In this document: positions 28,015 through 37,229 of the stretch, in pieces | Position numbering within the stretch: position 1 is the first letter of the stretch | Layout: every line of letters begins with the position of its first letter | Origin: a virus | Virus record (IMG/VR): IMGVR_UViG_3300025929_000003 | Span: 4,421-68,420 of that record | DNA: 64,000 bases | Direction: 5' to 3' (one strand) | The notes under the pieces: generated by a model | Database searches by the model: none | Told to the model about the DNA's origin: nothing | Seen by the model: only the letters and a program-made list of their open reading frames with translations | Made by a program: the position numbers and the translations under genes

Positions 28015-28353
28015 ATGCCAAAGTACGAAACCATCATCGCCGGAGACCAGGTTCTCGTCAGCGACCGCCTGCAGGGCTTTAAACTATTCCAAAAGAACTC
28101 CACTATGGTTAGCTACCTTGGGGTGTCCGACACCGAGATATTCGCTCAGTTCGCCAAAGGTGGCGCAGGGCTTATCTATAAGGATGTGCCAGCGGATGTT
28201 ATTGAAGCAGCCGTTAGAGCCCCGTCAACAGGCACATTCATTCACGCCGAGTTAAAAGGCAAGTACGACACCGAACCTACGGAAACCTACGCCATTGAGT
28301 TGGTAGAGGATTTGGAGGGCGAAGAGTTTGGGGATGATTATTTGCCTATTTAA
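28015..28353 (+). CDS. KTSC-domain protein
   Basis: STMVSYLG...QF.KG...Y..VP....AAVRAPS.G.FIH..LKGKY. Confidence 0.7.
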   Translation: MPKYETIIAGDQVLVSDRLQGFKLFQKNSTMVSYLGVSDTEIFAQFAKGGAGLIYKDVPADVIEAAVRAPSTGTFIHAELKGKYDTEPTETYAIELVEDLEGEEFGDDYLPI

Positions 28354-28364
28354 AAGAAACGGTT

Positions 28365-28549
28365 AATGGGGCAGCGGAGTGGTGACGCTTAGTATGTTAG
28401 ACGAGGCAATCAAGTCCTTACGAGAGAGTTATTTTACTTATTATATTGTAACGAAACCCACTGGCAGCATAGGCAATCAGACTGTTAAGACTTGACGACT
28501 ACCGTATAAGTAAAAAAATATGTTGTGGGTTCGAATCCCACCCCCATTA
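28365..28549 (+). ncRNA. tRNA-like RNA (Leu-type body) with a large insertion replacing the anticodon loop
   Basis: Acceptor AATGGGG/CCCCATT+A, D arm GCGGAGTGGTGACGC, T arm GTGGG-TTCGAAT-CCCAC; 136 nt between D and T arms. Confidence 0.75.
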
Positions 28550-28584
28550 CTAACAAAATAAAAAACACTTAATATAAACTAATC

Positions 28585-29571
28585 ATGCCAATCATTCGTA
28601 AACACGAAACTTTACCCGCACAACCCGTAATCGTACTTATCTACGGACAACCAGGCACAAGCAAAACCAGCTTGTCCAATACCTGCAAAAACGCACTTAA
28701 CTGTGATTTTGATTACGGTTTTAAACGTTCCTTCGGGGTAGTAGACAGCTTTCAACCCACAGGATGGGGAGAGATTATTCAGGAACTAAACTTAGGCGCT
28801 TTCGATGAGTTTGATACCATCGTTATTGATACTGCAAAAGGCGCTCTTGATGACTTCCTTATGCTTCATGTACAGCAACAAGACTATAAACTTAAAACTA
28901 ACAAACTTAAAATGTTCGGGGCTATTGGCGAGGAGTTCAAGTCATTTGTTAGCACCTTGCGTTTAAAGAAAAAGGACATCTTCATTATTGCCCACGATAA
29001 AACAGAGGAGGACGGCGACATTAAAAAGCGTATACCCGATGTTACCGGACAAAGCAACGCCTTATTGCTTAGGATAGCCGACCAAGTTGGTTACCTCTCT
29101 ATGCGCAACGGTCAGCGTGTGTTATCATTTAACCCAAGCGACACCACCGTTGGTAAGAACGTGGCTAACCTGCCTGATTTGGTTTTGCCAAGTCATACTG
29201 ATGCTGCGTGGGACGGTTTCGCAGATCGTGAGATTATCCAAAAGGTAAAGGATGCTTTAAGCGCCCACTCTGAGGAACAAAAGGCATCTATTGAACTGAT
29301 TGCTAACTACCGCACCAACATTGATAACGTCGCCCTCACAGACACCGCTTTAAAGGCGCTGATGGAAACGTGGAAGGACGAACCTGAATATATCCGCCTG
29401 CAACTGCGTTCGTACTTTGGGGCGCACCTAAAGGCTAATGGGTGGAAATACTACGCTGATAAGACAGCGTTTGCGCCGATAGCGGCAATTGAACCGCCTG
29501 TGGTTGCGGAAACCCCACCTGTTGAGGCAGAGAAAGAACCCGATTTGTTTGAAGCTAAGGAAGGAGAGTAA
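28585..29571 (+). CDS. Sak4-like AAA ATPase / ssDNA-annealing recombinase (AAA_24)
   Basis: VLIYGQPGTSKTS, IVIDT, FIIAHDK, ADQVGYL. Confidence 0.8.
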   Translation: MPIIRKHETLPAQPVIVLIYGQPGTSKTSLSNTCKNALNCDFDYGFKRSFGVVDSFQPTGWGEIIQELNLGAFDEFDTIVIDTAKGALDDFLMLHVQQQDYKLKTNKLKMFGAIGEEFKSFVSTLRLKKKDIFIIAHDKTEEDGDIKKRIPDVTGQSNALLLRIADQVGYLSMRNGQRVLSFNPSDTTVGKNVANLPDLVLPSHTDAAWDGFADREIIQKVKDALSAHSEEQKASIELIANYRTNIDNVALTDTALKALMETWKDEPEYIRLQLRSYFGAHLKANGWKYYADKTAFAPIAAIEPPVVAETPPVEAEKEPDLFEAKEGE

Positions 29572-29574
29572 GCC

Positions 29575-30126
29575 ATGGAGGAGATATGGAAAGATGTGCC
29601 CGGATTTGAAGGATTGTATCAGGCATCCAGTTTTGGACAAGTAAAGAGCATCGACAGAATAGAGTTCAGGAAAAACAATTCAGAAATAGCCACCGCCCAT
29701 AGTATTAAAGCGGTTGTGCTTAAGCAAAAAATAACGAACACGGGATATGCGACAATAGTCTTAAGTAGGTCGGGTAAACCAAAATACATTTCTGTGCATA
29801 GGGTTATTGCCCTAACATTCGTTTCTAACCCTGAAAACAAGCCACAGGTCAACCATATCGATGGCAACAAACTAAATAACTGCATTGGAAATTTGGAATG
29901 GTGTACACCCAAAGAAAACATTAATCATTCATGGAGAATTGGGCTATCAAAAAGTGCACATGGTGAAAAGAACCATAGGGCAAAGATTACCGATGTACAG
30001 GCGACCGAAATAAGACAAAAGTATTTCGCAGGGGTAAAGCCCTGTATAATATTAGCCGAGTACAATATTTCAAGGTCAAGGCTCCACGAACTAAAAACAA
30101 GGAAAGTATTTAAGCATGTGCCATGA
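29575..30126 (+). CDS. NUMOD4-HNH homing endonuclease
   Basis: EIWKDVPGFEGLYQASSFGQVKS; [24 protein letters not shown]. Confidence 0.9.
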   Translation: MEEIWKDVPGFEGLYQASSFGQVKSIDRIEFRKNNSEIATAHSIKAVVLKQKITNTGYATIVLSRSGKPKYISVHRVIALTFVSNPENKPQVNHIDGNKLNNCIGNLEWCTPKENINHSWRIGLSKSAHGEKNHRAKITDVQATEIRQKYFAGVKPCIILAEYNISRSRLHELKTRKVFKHVP

Positions 30127-30854
30127 AGCCAGTATACACCATAAGAACTACATCTGTAGAGGCTTACAGGTATTGGGCGCACGAACAGTCCGAAAGTAAC
30201 GAATCTTGGAACACTGAGGATAAGCTAATTGAAACCATAAAAGGAATTTACTTAGCAAATGTTAAAGCTAACTTTGGCGAATTTGGACACCTCATCATCG
30301 AGAAACCCAAAGAAAACAGGGCTTACCTGAGCAACGGCGAGTATGGCTTTAAGTGGAAAGGATTTGAGTTAACCCAAGCGCAGGCAGTACCGCTTATCCA
30401 CCACGCCGCAGACCACCCTTTATGGAGTAGGGAGATACCGCTGGCTAAGGTCTACGAATTGCCTAACTGCAAGCTGATACTCACCGGTACCTGTGATGCG
30501 ATTGAGGGGATAGAGTGCCGAGATACGAAACTGAAATTCAGCAGCTTCGATGTGAGTGACTTTTTGGTTAGCTTCCAATGGCGGGCATACCTTGACATGC
30601 TGGGTCTGAAAACCTTTCACTACGATTTTTTCCGTGTATTCAACTTTCAAGTCAAACAGGACTGTTTAAAGGCACGTATTGAACCGTGTGAAAGTATGAC
30701 CTGCTATTGGTACGAAGAAATGAACAGGGATGTTGTTTCGATGCTGACCGAGTTTGTTGAGTACTGCCAATATCGCCAATTAACCGATTACCTTAAGATA
30801 GACGCCGCCAAGCAAAAGCGCATACGGGCTGCGGGATTAAAAATACAATTATGA
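30123..30854 (+). CDS. PD-(D/E)xK exonuclease-like protein
   Basis: LTGTCDAI...DTK...FQWRAY; paired with the Sak4-like gene. Confidence 0.7.
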   Translation: MKPVYTIRTTSVEAYRYWAHEQSESNESWNTEDKLIETIKGIYLANVKANFGEFGHLIIEKPKENRAYLSNGEYGFKWKGFELTQAQAVPLIHHAADHPLWSREIPLAKVYELPNCKLILTGTCDAIEGIECRDTKLKFSSFDVSDFLVSFQWRAYLDMLGLKTFHYDFFRVFNFQVKQDCLKARIEPCESMTCYWYEEMNRDVVSMLTEFVEYCQYRQLTDYLKIDAAKQKRIRAAGLKIQL

Positions 30855-31099
30855 AAAAGCCATACGCAAAAATATACTATAACAACTGTAGCGTGGACTA
30901 TGATTATACAATAGTTCCACTTCCCGATATCCCTGATTATATCGAGGTATTTAAACAGGACAATGAAGATGTAGATGAAGCCGGATTTAATGACTGGCAA
31001 ACCAAAGGATATCTGCCGTCAATTACAATATCATTAGTAATGATGACCGATGCTGAATTCACAGAATGGTTTGTCACCAATGTAGAAAATCACGCTTAA
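30851..31099 (+). CDS. Hypothetical protein
   Basis: 82-aa ORF. Confidence 0.6.
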   Translation: MKKPYAKIYYNNCSVDYDYTIVPLPDIPDYIEVFKQDNEDVDEAGFNDWQTKGYLPSITISLVMMTDAEFTEWFVTNVENHA

Positions 31100-31109
31100 C
31101 TAACCAGCC

Positions 31110-32174
31110 ATGATTACCACCGACAAAATAAAGATAGGCGATAACGTATATTACTACGACAACAAAGCCAATATAATCGAGACAACTTGCGAAAGTGAAG
31201 TGATGAACTTTAAGGGTGAACCATCTGTTCACGTACTATCACAGAAAACGCCTGTGCCACTAATGTATCTGTACGCAGAGAAGCCGATAAACGTACAACC
31301 AAAGGGGCACGTCCTTGTAACGGGAAACCCTATCAATCAAATTGAGGTCGCCCCCCCCACGGAAATCGTCTTTAAAGGCAAAATAGCGGGGGAATTGGAA
31401 GAAACCATTATTACCCCCGAACTCATTGACGAACGCTCAAAACCTTTGTTGGCACTAACCATTAAAGGCTTGCACGATACCGAAGGTGCTGAGGCTATGA
31501 AAGCGGCAGTGCTTAAAGCGGTTCGCCTCAGAACAAGTGTAGAGAAGTTGGAAGAACCCATCCTGAAAAGCATTACCGCACAGGCAAAGAAAGCCAAGGA
31601 AGCCGTTACATCGGTTTCCAAGCCTATCTACGATAAGTGCCTTGAAGTGCAGAACGCCTTACAAGCTAAACTTGACGCTTGGCAATTACAGGTGAACCAG
31701 GCTAAGGCGAAAGAAGATGCCGCCCTGAAAGAGAGAACCGAAGCGCGTGAAGCCAAAATGTTCAGCCTTGGCATGCTTTATAACGGCGTTGCCTTTACCG
31801 GCTACGGCAAGACCATTACCAAGGAGAGTTTGTTTGCGTTGGAGCAAGACCGTTACGATGCTTTGATAGTAGAACTTACAGGGCTGAAAGAGGAGGCTGA
31901 TTTATTGCCACCTACGGAAGCGCCTGTTGCCTCTGCATTTCTTGGCACACCAATGTATCACTCAGCGCCCACAACGGCTTTAAACGGCTCGGTTGGGGCT
32001 AACACAGCCACCAAGCGCACCACTAAGTTTGGCGGTCAGGAAATTGTGTACCTTAAACTCACCTCTTTGGGTAGTATCATTATTACCAAGGGGCAAGTGC
32101 CAGCGGATACCGAAGCCGAAGTTCTTAACGACAGGATACTCCTTTCGTCTTATTATCTTCACCTAACTAAATAA
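31110..32174 (+). CDS. Coiled-coil protein (DUF1351-like)
   Basis: Long Ala/Lys/Glu heptad region, LTIKGLHD...LRTSVEK. Confidence 0.5.
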   Translation: MITTDKIKIGDNVYYYDNKANIIETTCESEVMNFKGEPSVHVLSQKTPVPLMYLYAEKPINVQPKGHVLVTGNPINQIEVAPPTEIVFKGKIAGELEETIITPELIDERSKPLLALTIKGLHDTEGAEAMKAAVLKAVRLRTSVEKLEEPILKSITAQAKKAKEAVTSVSKPIYDKCLEVQNALQAKLDAWQLQVNQAKAKEDAALKERTEAREAKMFSLGMLYNGVAFTGYGKTITKESLFALEQDRYDALIVELTGLKEEADLLPPTEAPVASAFLGTPMYHSAPTTALNGSVGANTATKRTTKFGGQEIVYLKLTSLGSIIITKGQVPADTEAEVLNDRILLSSYYLHLTK

Positions 32175-32181
32175 CTCACAA

Positions 32182-32601
32182 ATGAAAAATCAAGAATTAT
32201 TCGATAAGACAATAACAGTTTTAGTAAAAGCATATCAAAAAAACACCCTACGGCATCAACTGTGTTGGGCTTGTGCTGTTGGTAACATTGTTGCCGCTGC
32301 TAACGGTTCGCCACTAAACAATGTAATGGATTCCTTTGATTGGGAGGATTACTACCACACCCTTCATGCCGCAACTCAAAATATTGCCAGCTTTAAAGCA
32401 ACCGAAGCGGGGTTTAAACAAATAGAAAAAACGGGATATACACCCATTCAACTTTTGGCTATAGAAAAAGCCTTTGAAAGAGAAAAAAACGATATAGATG
32501 GGTTTAACGGCTTGATGGCGGTTGTAGATTGCCTAATGGAAATTCACGAAGCCACCACCGAACAAGCCGAATCGGCAAAATCACTATTCGTTAAAGTCTA
32601 A
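32182..32601 (+). CDS. Hypothetical protein
   Basis: CWACAVGNIVAA...AIEKAFE. Confidence 0.65.
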   Translation: MKNQELFDKTITVLVKAYQKNTLRHQLCWACAVGNIVAAANGSPLNNVMDSFDWEDYYHTLHAATQNIASFKATEAGFKQIEKTGYTPIQLLAIEKAFEREKNDIDGFNGLMAVVDCLMEIHEATTEQAESAKSLFVKV

Positions 32602-32605
32602 CATT

Positions 32606-32941
32606 ATGGATAAAGAAACAATCATAGCCGCACTGCTAAAACTGCGTGGCGACAAACCCCAGCAGGAGATAGCCGATAGCATGGGCATCAGCAAGTCCAC
32701 CTACTGCCGTATGGAGTTGGGTAGCCACATCAAACTGGAACACATCTTTAAGCTGGCGAAAGCCTATGCCGTGAACCCTGAGTATATCTTGGCTTTGATG
32801 AGTGGCAGGCAGGACGTTATTGTCACACCGTCCATTAAGGAACGCATGGAGAAACAGCAGGACACCATCAACCAACAAAAGGACGAGATAATCAAATTGC
32901 AAAGCCAGCTGCTGGCCGCGCGGAGAGGGGAGGACTGGTAG
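32606..32941 (+). CDS. XRE-family HTH regulator with coiled coil
   Basis: QQEIADSMGISKSTYCRMELG. Confidence 0.85.
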   Translation: MDKETIIAALLKLRGDKPQQEIADSMGISKSTYCRMELGSHIKLEHIFKLAKAYAVNPEYILALMSGRQDVIVTPSIKERMEKQQDTINQQKDEIIKLQSQLLAARRGEDW

Positions 32942-33351
32942 TGGAAATTAAACACATTGTGCCCTATTTGCCTTATGAACTAAAAGTAATTCACGAGGAA
33001 GCACCTACCCCATTAACGGTGTATGGCATCAGTATATACGATAACAAAATGGTAAACATTGCTGGTAATAGCACTCTGAGTATCGAGCGATGTAAGCCGT
33101 TGTTATTACCCATATCCGAATTAGGGCGCCAAGCCCCTAAGACTGTAGTAGGACGCAGATTGGTAGACGAGATTAATAAAAATTGCATGTACAGCCTTGA
33201 TAGGTATGGTGACTTCTATGATTTACCAGAAGCCATGAGTGTTGATGATGTATGGGAAACCTATGAGGGGTTATTCAAGTATCACTTCGACGTATTCGGA
33301 CTTATCGACCAAGGACTGGCATTAAACAAACTGGATTATGAGCAAACCTAA
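32941..33351 (+). CDS. Hypothetical protein
   Basis: IVPYLPYELK...HFDVFGLIDQGLA. Confidence 0.7.
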   Translation: MEIKHIVPYLPYELKVIHEEAPTPLTVYGISIYDNKMVNIAGNSTLSIERCKPLLLPISELGRQAPKTVVGRRLVDEINKNCMYSLDRYGDFYDLPEAMSVDDVWETYEGLFKYHFDVFGLIDQGLALNKLDYEQT

Positions 33352-33634
33352 AACACTAAACTCCTTCGCCGACCTCGGCAAAGCCGTGGAGGTAGAGCCG
33401 AGGTATCTGCGGTTTGAGTTGGTTGGCAAAAGCCAAAGCGGACTAACCGACCAATACATGGTTTACGAGAAGAAAGGTGTCGGACAATTGGCTGCCGTAC
33501 AATTCAGTGGTAATTTCAGACAATACGCCTACTTCTCTTTACCCGGTGTGGAGTGGACGGCAGATGCCTTACAAGAACTGGTTGTTTTTATCAACCGAAT
33601 TAATCAACAGCATATTAATAAAAATAAAAAGTAA
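33338..33634 (+). CDS. Hypothetical protein
   Basis: 98-aa ORF. Confidence 0.6.
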   Translation: MSKPKTLNSFADLGKAVEVEPRYLRFELVGKSQSGLTDQYMVYEKKGVGQLAAVQFSGNFRQYAYFSLPGVEWTADALQELVVFINRINQQHINKNKK

Positions 33635-34041
33635 TGCTAAAAACAGAAGATATTTCCCAACTAAAAATGGTTAAACTTAAAACCATTGAAGAAAACTTAG
33701 CCCACGTTTTTTCTGTTGATGATTTTAATACAGGCAAAAAGTGTTGCGGCGAACCTATCTATAAAGGGATAGATACAGACCCGTGGGTCGGAGTTAAATA
33801 CTGTATTAATTGTCATAGGATAACCACAATTTATTTTCAGGATAGAATGGGTGGTATATATCAAGACCCCGCTGAAATATGGGAAAATCCAACACCTGAG
33901 AATCCATTTATAGATTTCAGCCAAATCCACCAATACGCAGACTTTTTAGCAGAACATGCAAAAGATAAGTGTTATGCCCCGTGGTGGGGTGACATTAACA
34001 AATTTAAACAGTGGGTTCGGGATAAAAATAAAAAGCCATGA
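33634..34041 (+). CDS. Hypothetical protein (Cys pairs)
   Basis: KCCG...YCINC. Confidence 0.6.
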   Translation: MLKTEDISQLKMVKLKTIEENLAHVFSVDDFNTGKKCCGEPIYKGIDTDPWVGVKYCINCHRITTIYFQDRMGGIYQDPAEIWENPTPENPFIDFSQIHQYADFLAEHAKDKCYAPWWGDINKFKQWVRDKNKKP

Positions 34042-34265
34042 AATACCCAAAGCTATTCACGAACGATGCCATAACTATTAACGGCTACGCCTATTTGGTG
34101 TGTACTGGCATTAACCCTGAGAAAAGGGCATTAGTTAAATCGCCTGAATATAACCGCATGGTGTACAATATTCACCTGCGGTCGGTAAAGTATGACCCCA
34201 ACAGTCACCAACCCGACTATTACTGTAAAAATACTGAACTTCCCCCCTACGAGATAGTGAAATAA
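34038..34265 (+). CDS. Hypothetical protein
   Basis: 75-aa ORF, ATGA overlap. Confidence 0.55.
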   Translation: MKYPKLFTNDAITINGYAYLVCTGINPEKRALVKSPEYNRMVYNIHLRSVKYDPNSHQPDYYCKNTELPPYEIVK

Positions 34266-34269
34266 TTTC

Positions 34270-34408
34270 TATATTTACACCGTTGAAAGTAGTCAGGGAA
34301 AGGCAACTCAAACGCGCATTTTTTCAATTTCGGTATACACAATAATTACCGCATTTCAGTTTAGACTTTTTGCCTTTCCCTGCAAGTCTACTGGATGCGG
34401 TTTTTTAT
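34270..34408 (+). ncRNA. C4/CI-like promoter-leader-terminator element 2
   Basis: TATATTTA box; CAGGGAAAGGCAA (34294-34306) perfectly complementary to loop TTGCCTTTCCCTG (34370-34382) of hairpin ACCGCAT/ATGCGGT plus U tract. Confidence 0.7.
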
Positions 34409-34410
34409 TG

Positions 34411-34700
34411 TGCTGTTGTATGAATTGTACAGCATAGGGAAGCAGAAGCCCTAATCAAAAACAACCTATTGAAATACCGTCTGCATTAATTGCAAGCTGG
34501 CACTGTGTGTAAGGTTCACAACCAAGCGACTGCAAAATTTGATTGAGTGATTAATGCAACCAACGCCGAAAGGATGCCGTGCAGGAGCGGTTTGTATTGA
34601 AACATAGAGTGACCACTGTAATCATAACGGTCAAACCTTGGCTCTAAAGAGAGTTGCAGGAGAAGAACCTTTTATCACTTAGCTAAAAAAGCACTTTTAT
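34411..34700 (+). ncRNA. Candidate structured RNA
   Basis: No ORF; TGCATTAAT/ATTAATGCA, TGTG/CACA, TGACC/GGTCA, CC-GAAA-GG. Confidence 0.4.
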
Positions 34701-34710
34701 ATTCATTGAT

Positions 34711-35100
34711 ATGAGATTTATACCAACAACAGCAGAAGCAATTGGCGAAGAACCAGATTGGAGCGAATTATACCCTACCAAATGGTGGCTTGACACAGAA
34801 AGACCATTACCCGATGGCGACCCTCAAAAATACATTGCTGTTCAAACAGAGGGCGATAAAGACCCAAACAACTTTGTTAAGGTTGGAGATATGCGGGTTT
34901 TGTTCACAGACCAATGTGAGTACTATTTCGTTTGTAACCCCTGTTTTAATATTCACTACGACCAACAATGGAGTGGAAGCACACGAGGTTCGTTAAATTG
35001 GCGCAAAGAGGCTATTGAAGAATGCGCTCAACATAGCAACCAAAAGGGTTGGTGTGAGTTCTGCGACCCTATTTTTGGAAACGGAGGGTGGTATTTATGA
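34711..35100 (+). CDS. Hypothetical protein
   Basis: 129-aa ORF with CxxC pairs. Confidence 0.65.
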   Translation: MRFIPTTAEAIGEEPDWSELYPTKWWLDTERPLPDGDPQKYIAVQTEGDKDPNNFVKVGDMRVLFTDQCEYYFVCNPCFNIHYDQQWSGSTRGSLNWRKEAIEECAQHSNQKGWCEFCDPIFGNGGWYL

Positions 35101-35270
35101 TACCAAAAGATAAAACAACTGCATACGTCTTAGGCTATCAAAAAGGCTTAGATAATTCTAACACCAAAAATCCCTACACAAAAGGAGATAATGATTGGCA
35201 GGAATGGACTGATGGTTACAATGAAGGTTATTCAGAGTTTATTAAATGGGTTAATTTAATGTGTAATTAA
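35088..35270 (+). CDS. Small protein with Rmf-like pattern
   Basis: AYVLGYQKG...NPY......W..GY. Confidence 0.4.
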   Translation: MVFMIPKDKTTAYVLGYQKGLDNSNTKNPYTKGDNDWQEWTDGYNEGYSEFIKWVNLMCN

Positions 35271-35282
35271 AAATTAATAATT

Positions 35283-35471
35283 ATGGCACACACCTGTCCC
35301 ACCTGCGGATATCTTTGTCACTGTGGCGGAGATATTGACGATATAGACTTTGGCGAATCATACACCTGCGTCTGTTGCGACGAAGATGATGATGATTGGG
35401 ATGACGACGACGAAGAAGACTACTACAATAGCAACCCAAACAACAGACGTTCAAGAGATGGATACGATTGA
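35283..35471 (+). CDS. Small Cys-rich, acidic protein
   Basis: CPTC..CHC...CVCC followed by a poly-Asp/Glu tract. Confidence 0.6.
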   Translation: MAHTCPTCGYLCHCGGDIDDIDFGESYTCVCCDEDDDDWDDDDEEDYYNSNPNNRRSRDGYD

Positions 35472-35814
35472 CCAACTAACCGAAACGCAGCTTTACGACT
35501 TCAACGTGGCATACGGCTGCTTATTTAGCCTATCAACGGTGGTAGACTATTTGGACGCCATACAGCCCGTCATGGCTTCACGTAAAGCCAACTACGCCGT
35601 CAACAAGGCAAAGACCGCCGAGGCGGCTTGCAAGGGCTTAGAAACGATATTAATGCGGGAACTGGTCAAGAAGATGAACCCCGACGAAAAGGCGGTAGCC
35701 TTGGCGGCGATTGAGGAGCAGAAACAAATCCTGTATGCGTTCTTTGTTCTGGATGTAGATGACCAGCGCCGTGTAAAAACCCTAATTTCAAAACTTAACA
35801 GAGAACGATTATGA
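35458..35814 (+). CDS. Hypothetical helical protein
   Basis: Likely start MDTIDQL. Confidence 0.6.
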   Translation: MDTIDQLTETQLYDFNVAYGCLFSLSTVVDYLDAIQPVMASRKANYAVNKAKTAEAACKGLETILMRELVKKMNPDEKAVALAAIEEQKQILYAFFVLDVDDQRRVKTLISKLNRERL

Positions 35815-36038
35815 GAAGAACAAGTTTATACCTTAAGGTTGAAGCACAACCGGGAGCAACCATAAGCGATACAATGGAAGATGCCATACGTATAGCCGAT
35901 ATACTTGGCGTTACTGTAGAGTTTGACTTCAACAGTGTTAAGTGCTTAATCAATCCACACGCCGATGCGCAGATTGCCGAGGCACGGTGGAACGATGCTT
36001 TGAGTTCTAAAAGGGAACGTAAAATAATGTCAGCATGA
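35811..36038 (+). CDS. Hypothetical protein
   Basis: 75-aa ORF. Confidence 0.6.
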   Translation: MRRTSLYLKVEAQPGATISDTMEDAIRIADILGVTVEFDFNSVKCLINPHADAQIAEARWNDALSSKRERKIMSA

Positions 36039-36388
36039 GCGCCATAAGAGTTAAACTAATATCGGCGAAGCTACATACTGGCTTTATGCCGACTGTAACC
36101 AAGCCCGATAAGCGATATAAAAAAGGCTATCGGGTGATTAGCGAGGGATACACTAACTATCAGCTACGGCTAAGAACCACCAACCCCAAAGGTCAACTGC
36201 GTGTCGGACAGACCGTACAAACCCCGTGGGGGCAATACAGGGTAATTATTAATAACTTCCTGTCGTTAGATGGCGAATCAGAAATGATACAGTGCTGCAT
36301 GGTTGAGAAAGGGTGTGATTTTGAGTTTAACGCAGAGTTTGATATTCTGCCTTTAGTGTTTACTATTGGTGAAGGGAGTGTGAGATGA
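36035..36388 (+). CDS. Hypothetical protein
   Basis: 117-aa ORF. Confidence 0.6.
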   Translation: MSAIRVKLISAKLHTGFMPTVTKPDKRYKKGYRVISEGYTNYQLRLRTTNPKGQLRVGQTVQTPWGQYRVIINNFLSLDGESEMIQCCMVEKGCDFEFNAEFDILPLVFTIGEGSVR

Positions 36389-36657
36389 AACCAGTTTTAG
36401 ACCGAAAAGAAACCACTTGCGATAGAACCACCATCCACAAGGGTTGCTGCAAACATTGCCCATCAGCATCGCCATATAAGTGTCAGGAGGAAATTGATAT
36501 GGATAACGACATTCGTCCTATGGGCAAAAGAATGATAGCTTTGGAAATCCTGTTTGCTTGCGCTTGGCGACCAACTAAACTGTGTAAGGGTATCTGTGAT
36601 ACTTTTGAGATTGACCAAGCATTTTTAGACGACCTATATAAATCAGAAAGGCCATGA
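36385..36657 (+). CDS. Cys-rich hypothetical protein
   Basis: CCKHCP...FACAW..KLCKG. Confidence 0.6.
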   Translation: MKPVLDRKETTCDRTTIHKGCCKHCPSASPYKCQEEIDMDNDIRPMGKRMIALEILFACAWRPTKLCKGICDTFEIDQAFLDDLYKSERP

Positions 36658-37229
36658 GTAAAAACCTAATTTGGAGTGCCGAAGATTTAAAGAAGAAAGG
36701 CTTGGTTCAAAACCAGTCGGGAGACTATGTGCCAGTTAAGTCATTAGTCAACACAGGGAAAGTTGAAAAGTTGCCTAATTTGTTAGAAAGGGCTTTAGAA
36801 CAGCGCTCACAGATGGTTAAACCCGCGGCTAACAAAAAGGTCAGGAATGCCACTAAATCAGTTGTGGACGGCGTGTCGTTTGATAGCAACCTCGAAAAGT
36901 ACCTGTATTTTGAACTAAAGTCCGCGGGTATCAATTTTGAGTTTCAAAAGACTTTCATACTGCAGCCTAGTTTTCGATACCGCGGCAAAGCAATTATCGC
37001 CATGAAGTCCATCTGTGACTTTTGGATAAGCGACCATAACCTGATTTTAGACGCCAAGGGATATGCCAATGAGACCAGTCCACTTAAGTATAAGCTATTG
37101 AAATACAAGTTTTACAAGGCTTATGAGAGTGGCGCAAGGAAGCGTGAACCGCCCGAGATAATTATGCCAAAGAATAGGAAAGAATGTGACGAGGTGGTTG
37201 CACGAATTAAAGCAGGAGAGTTTTTATGA
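36654..37229 (+). CDS. DUF1064-like PD-(D/E)xK endonuclease
   Basis: DGVSFDSNLE...ICDFWI...ILDAKG. Confidence 0.75.
   Translation: MSKNLIWSAEDLKKKGLVQNQSGDYVPVKSLVNTGKVEKLPNLLERALEQRSQMVKPAANKKVRNATKSVVDGVSFDSNLEKYLYFELKSAGINFEFQKTFILQPSFRYRGKAIIAMKSICDFWISDHNLILDAKGYANETSPLKYKLLKYKFYKAYESGARKREPPEIIMPKNRKECDEVVARIKAGEFL

Noticed and set aside
28365-28549. tmRNA, suppressor tRNA or group I intron-containing tRNA
   Set aside because: No G3-U70 and the D stem is intact; TTA or TAG anticodon registers lack a proper stem and loop; the insert is short with no convincing P7; the open frame from GCA at 28406 lacks tag-like features
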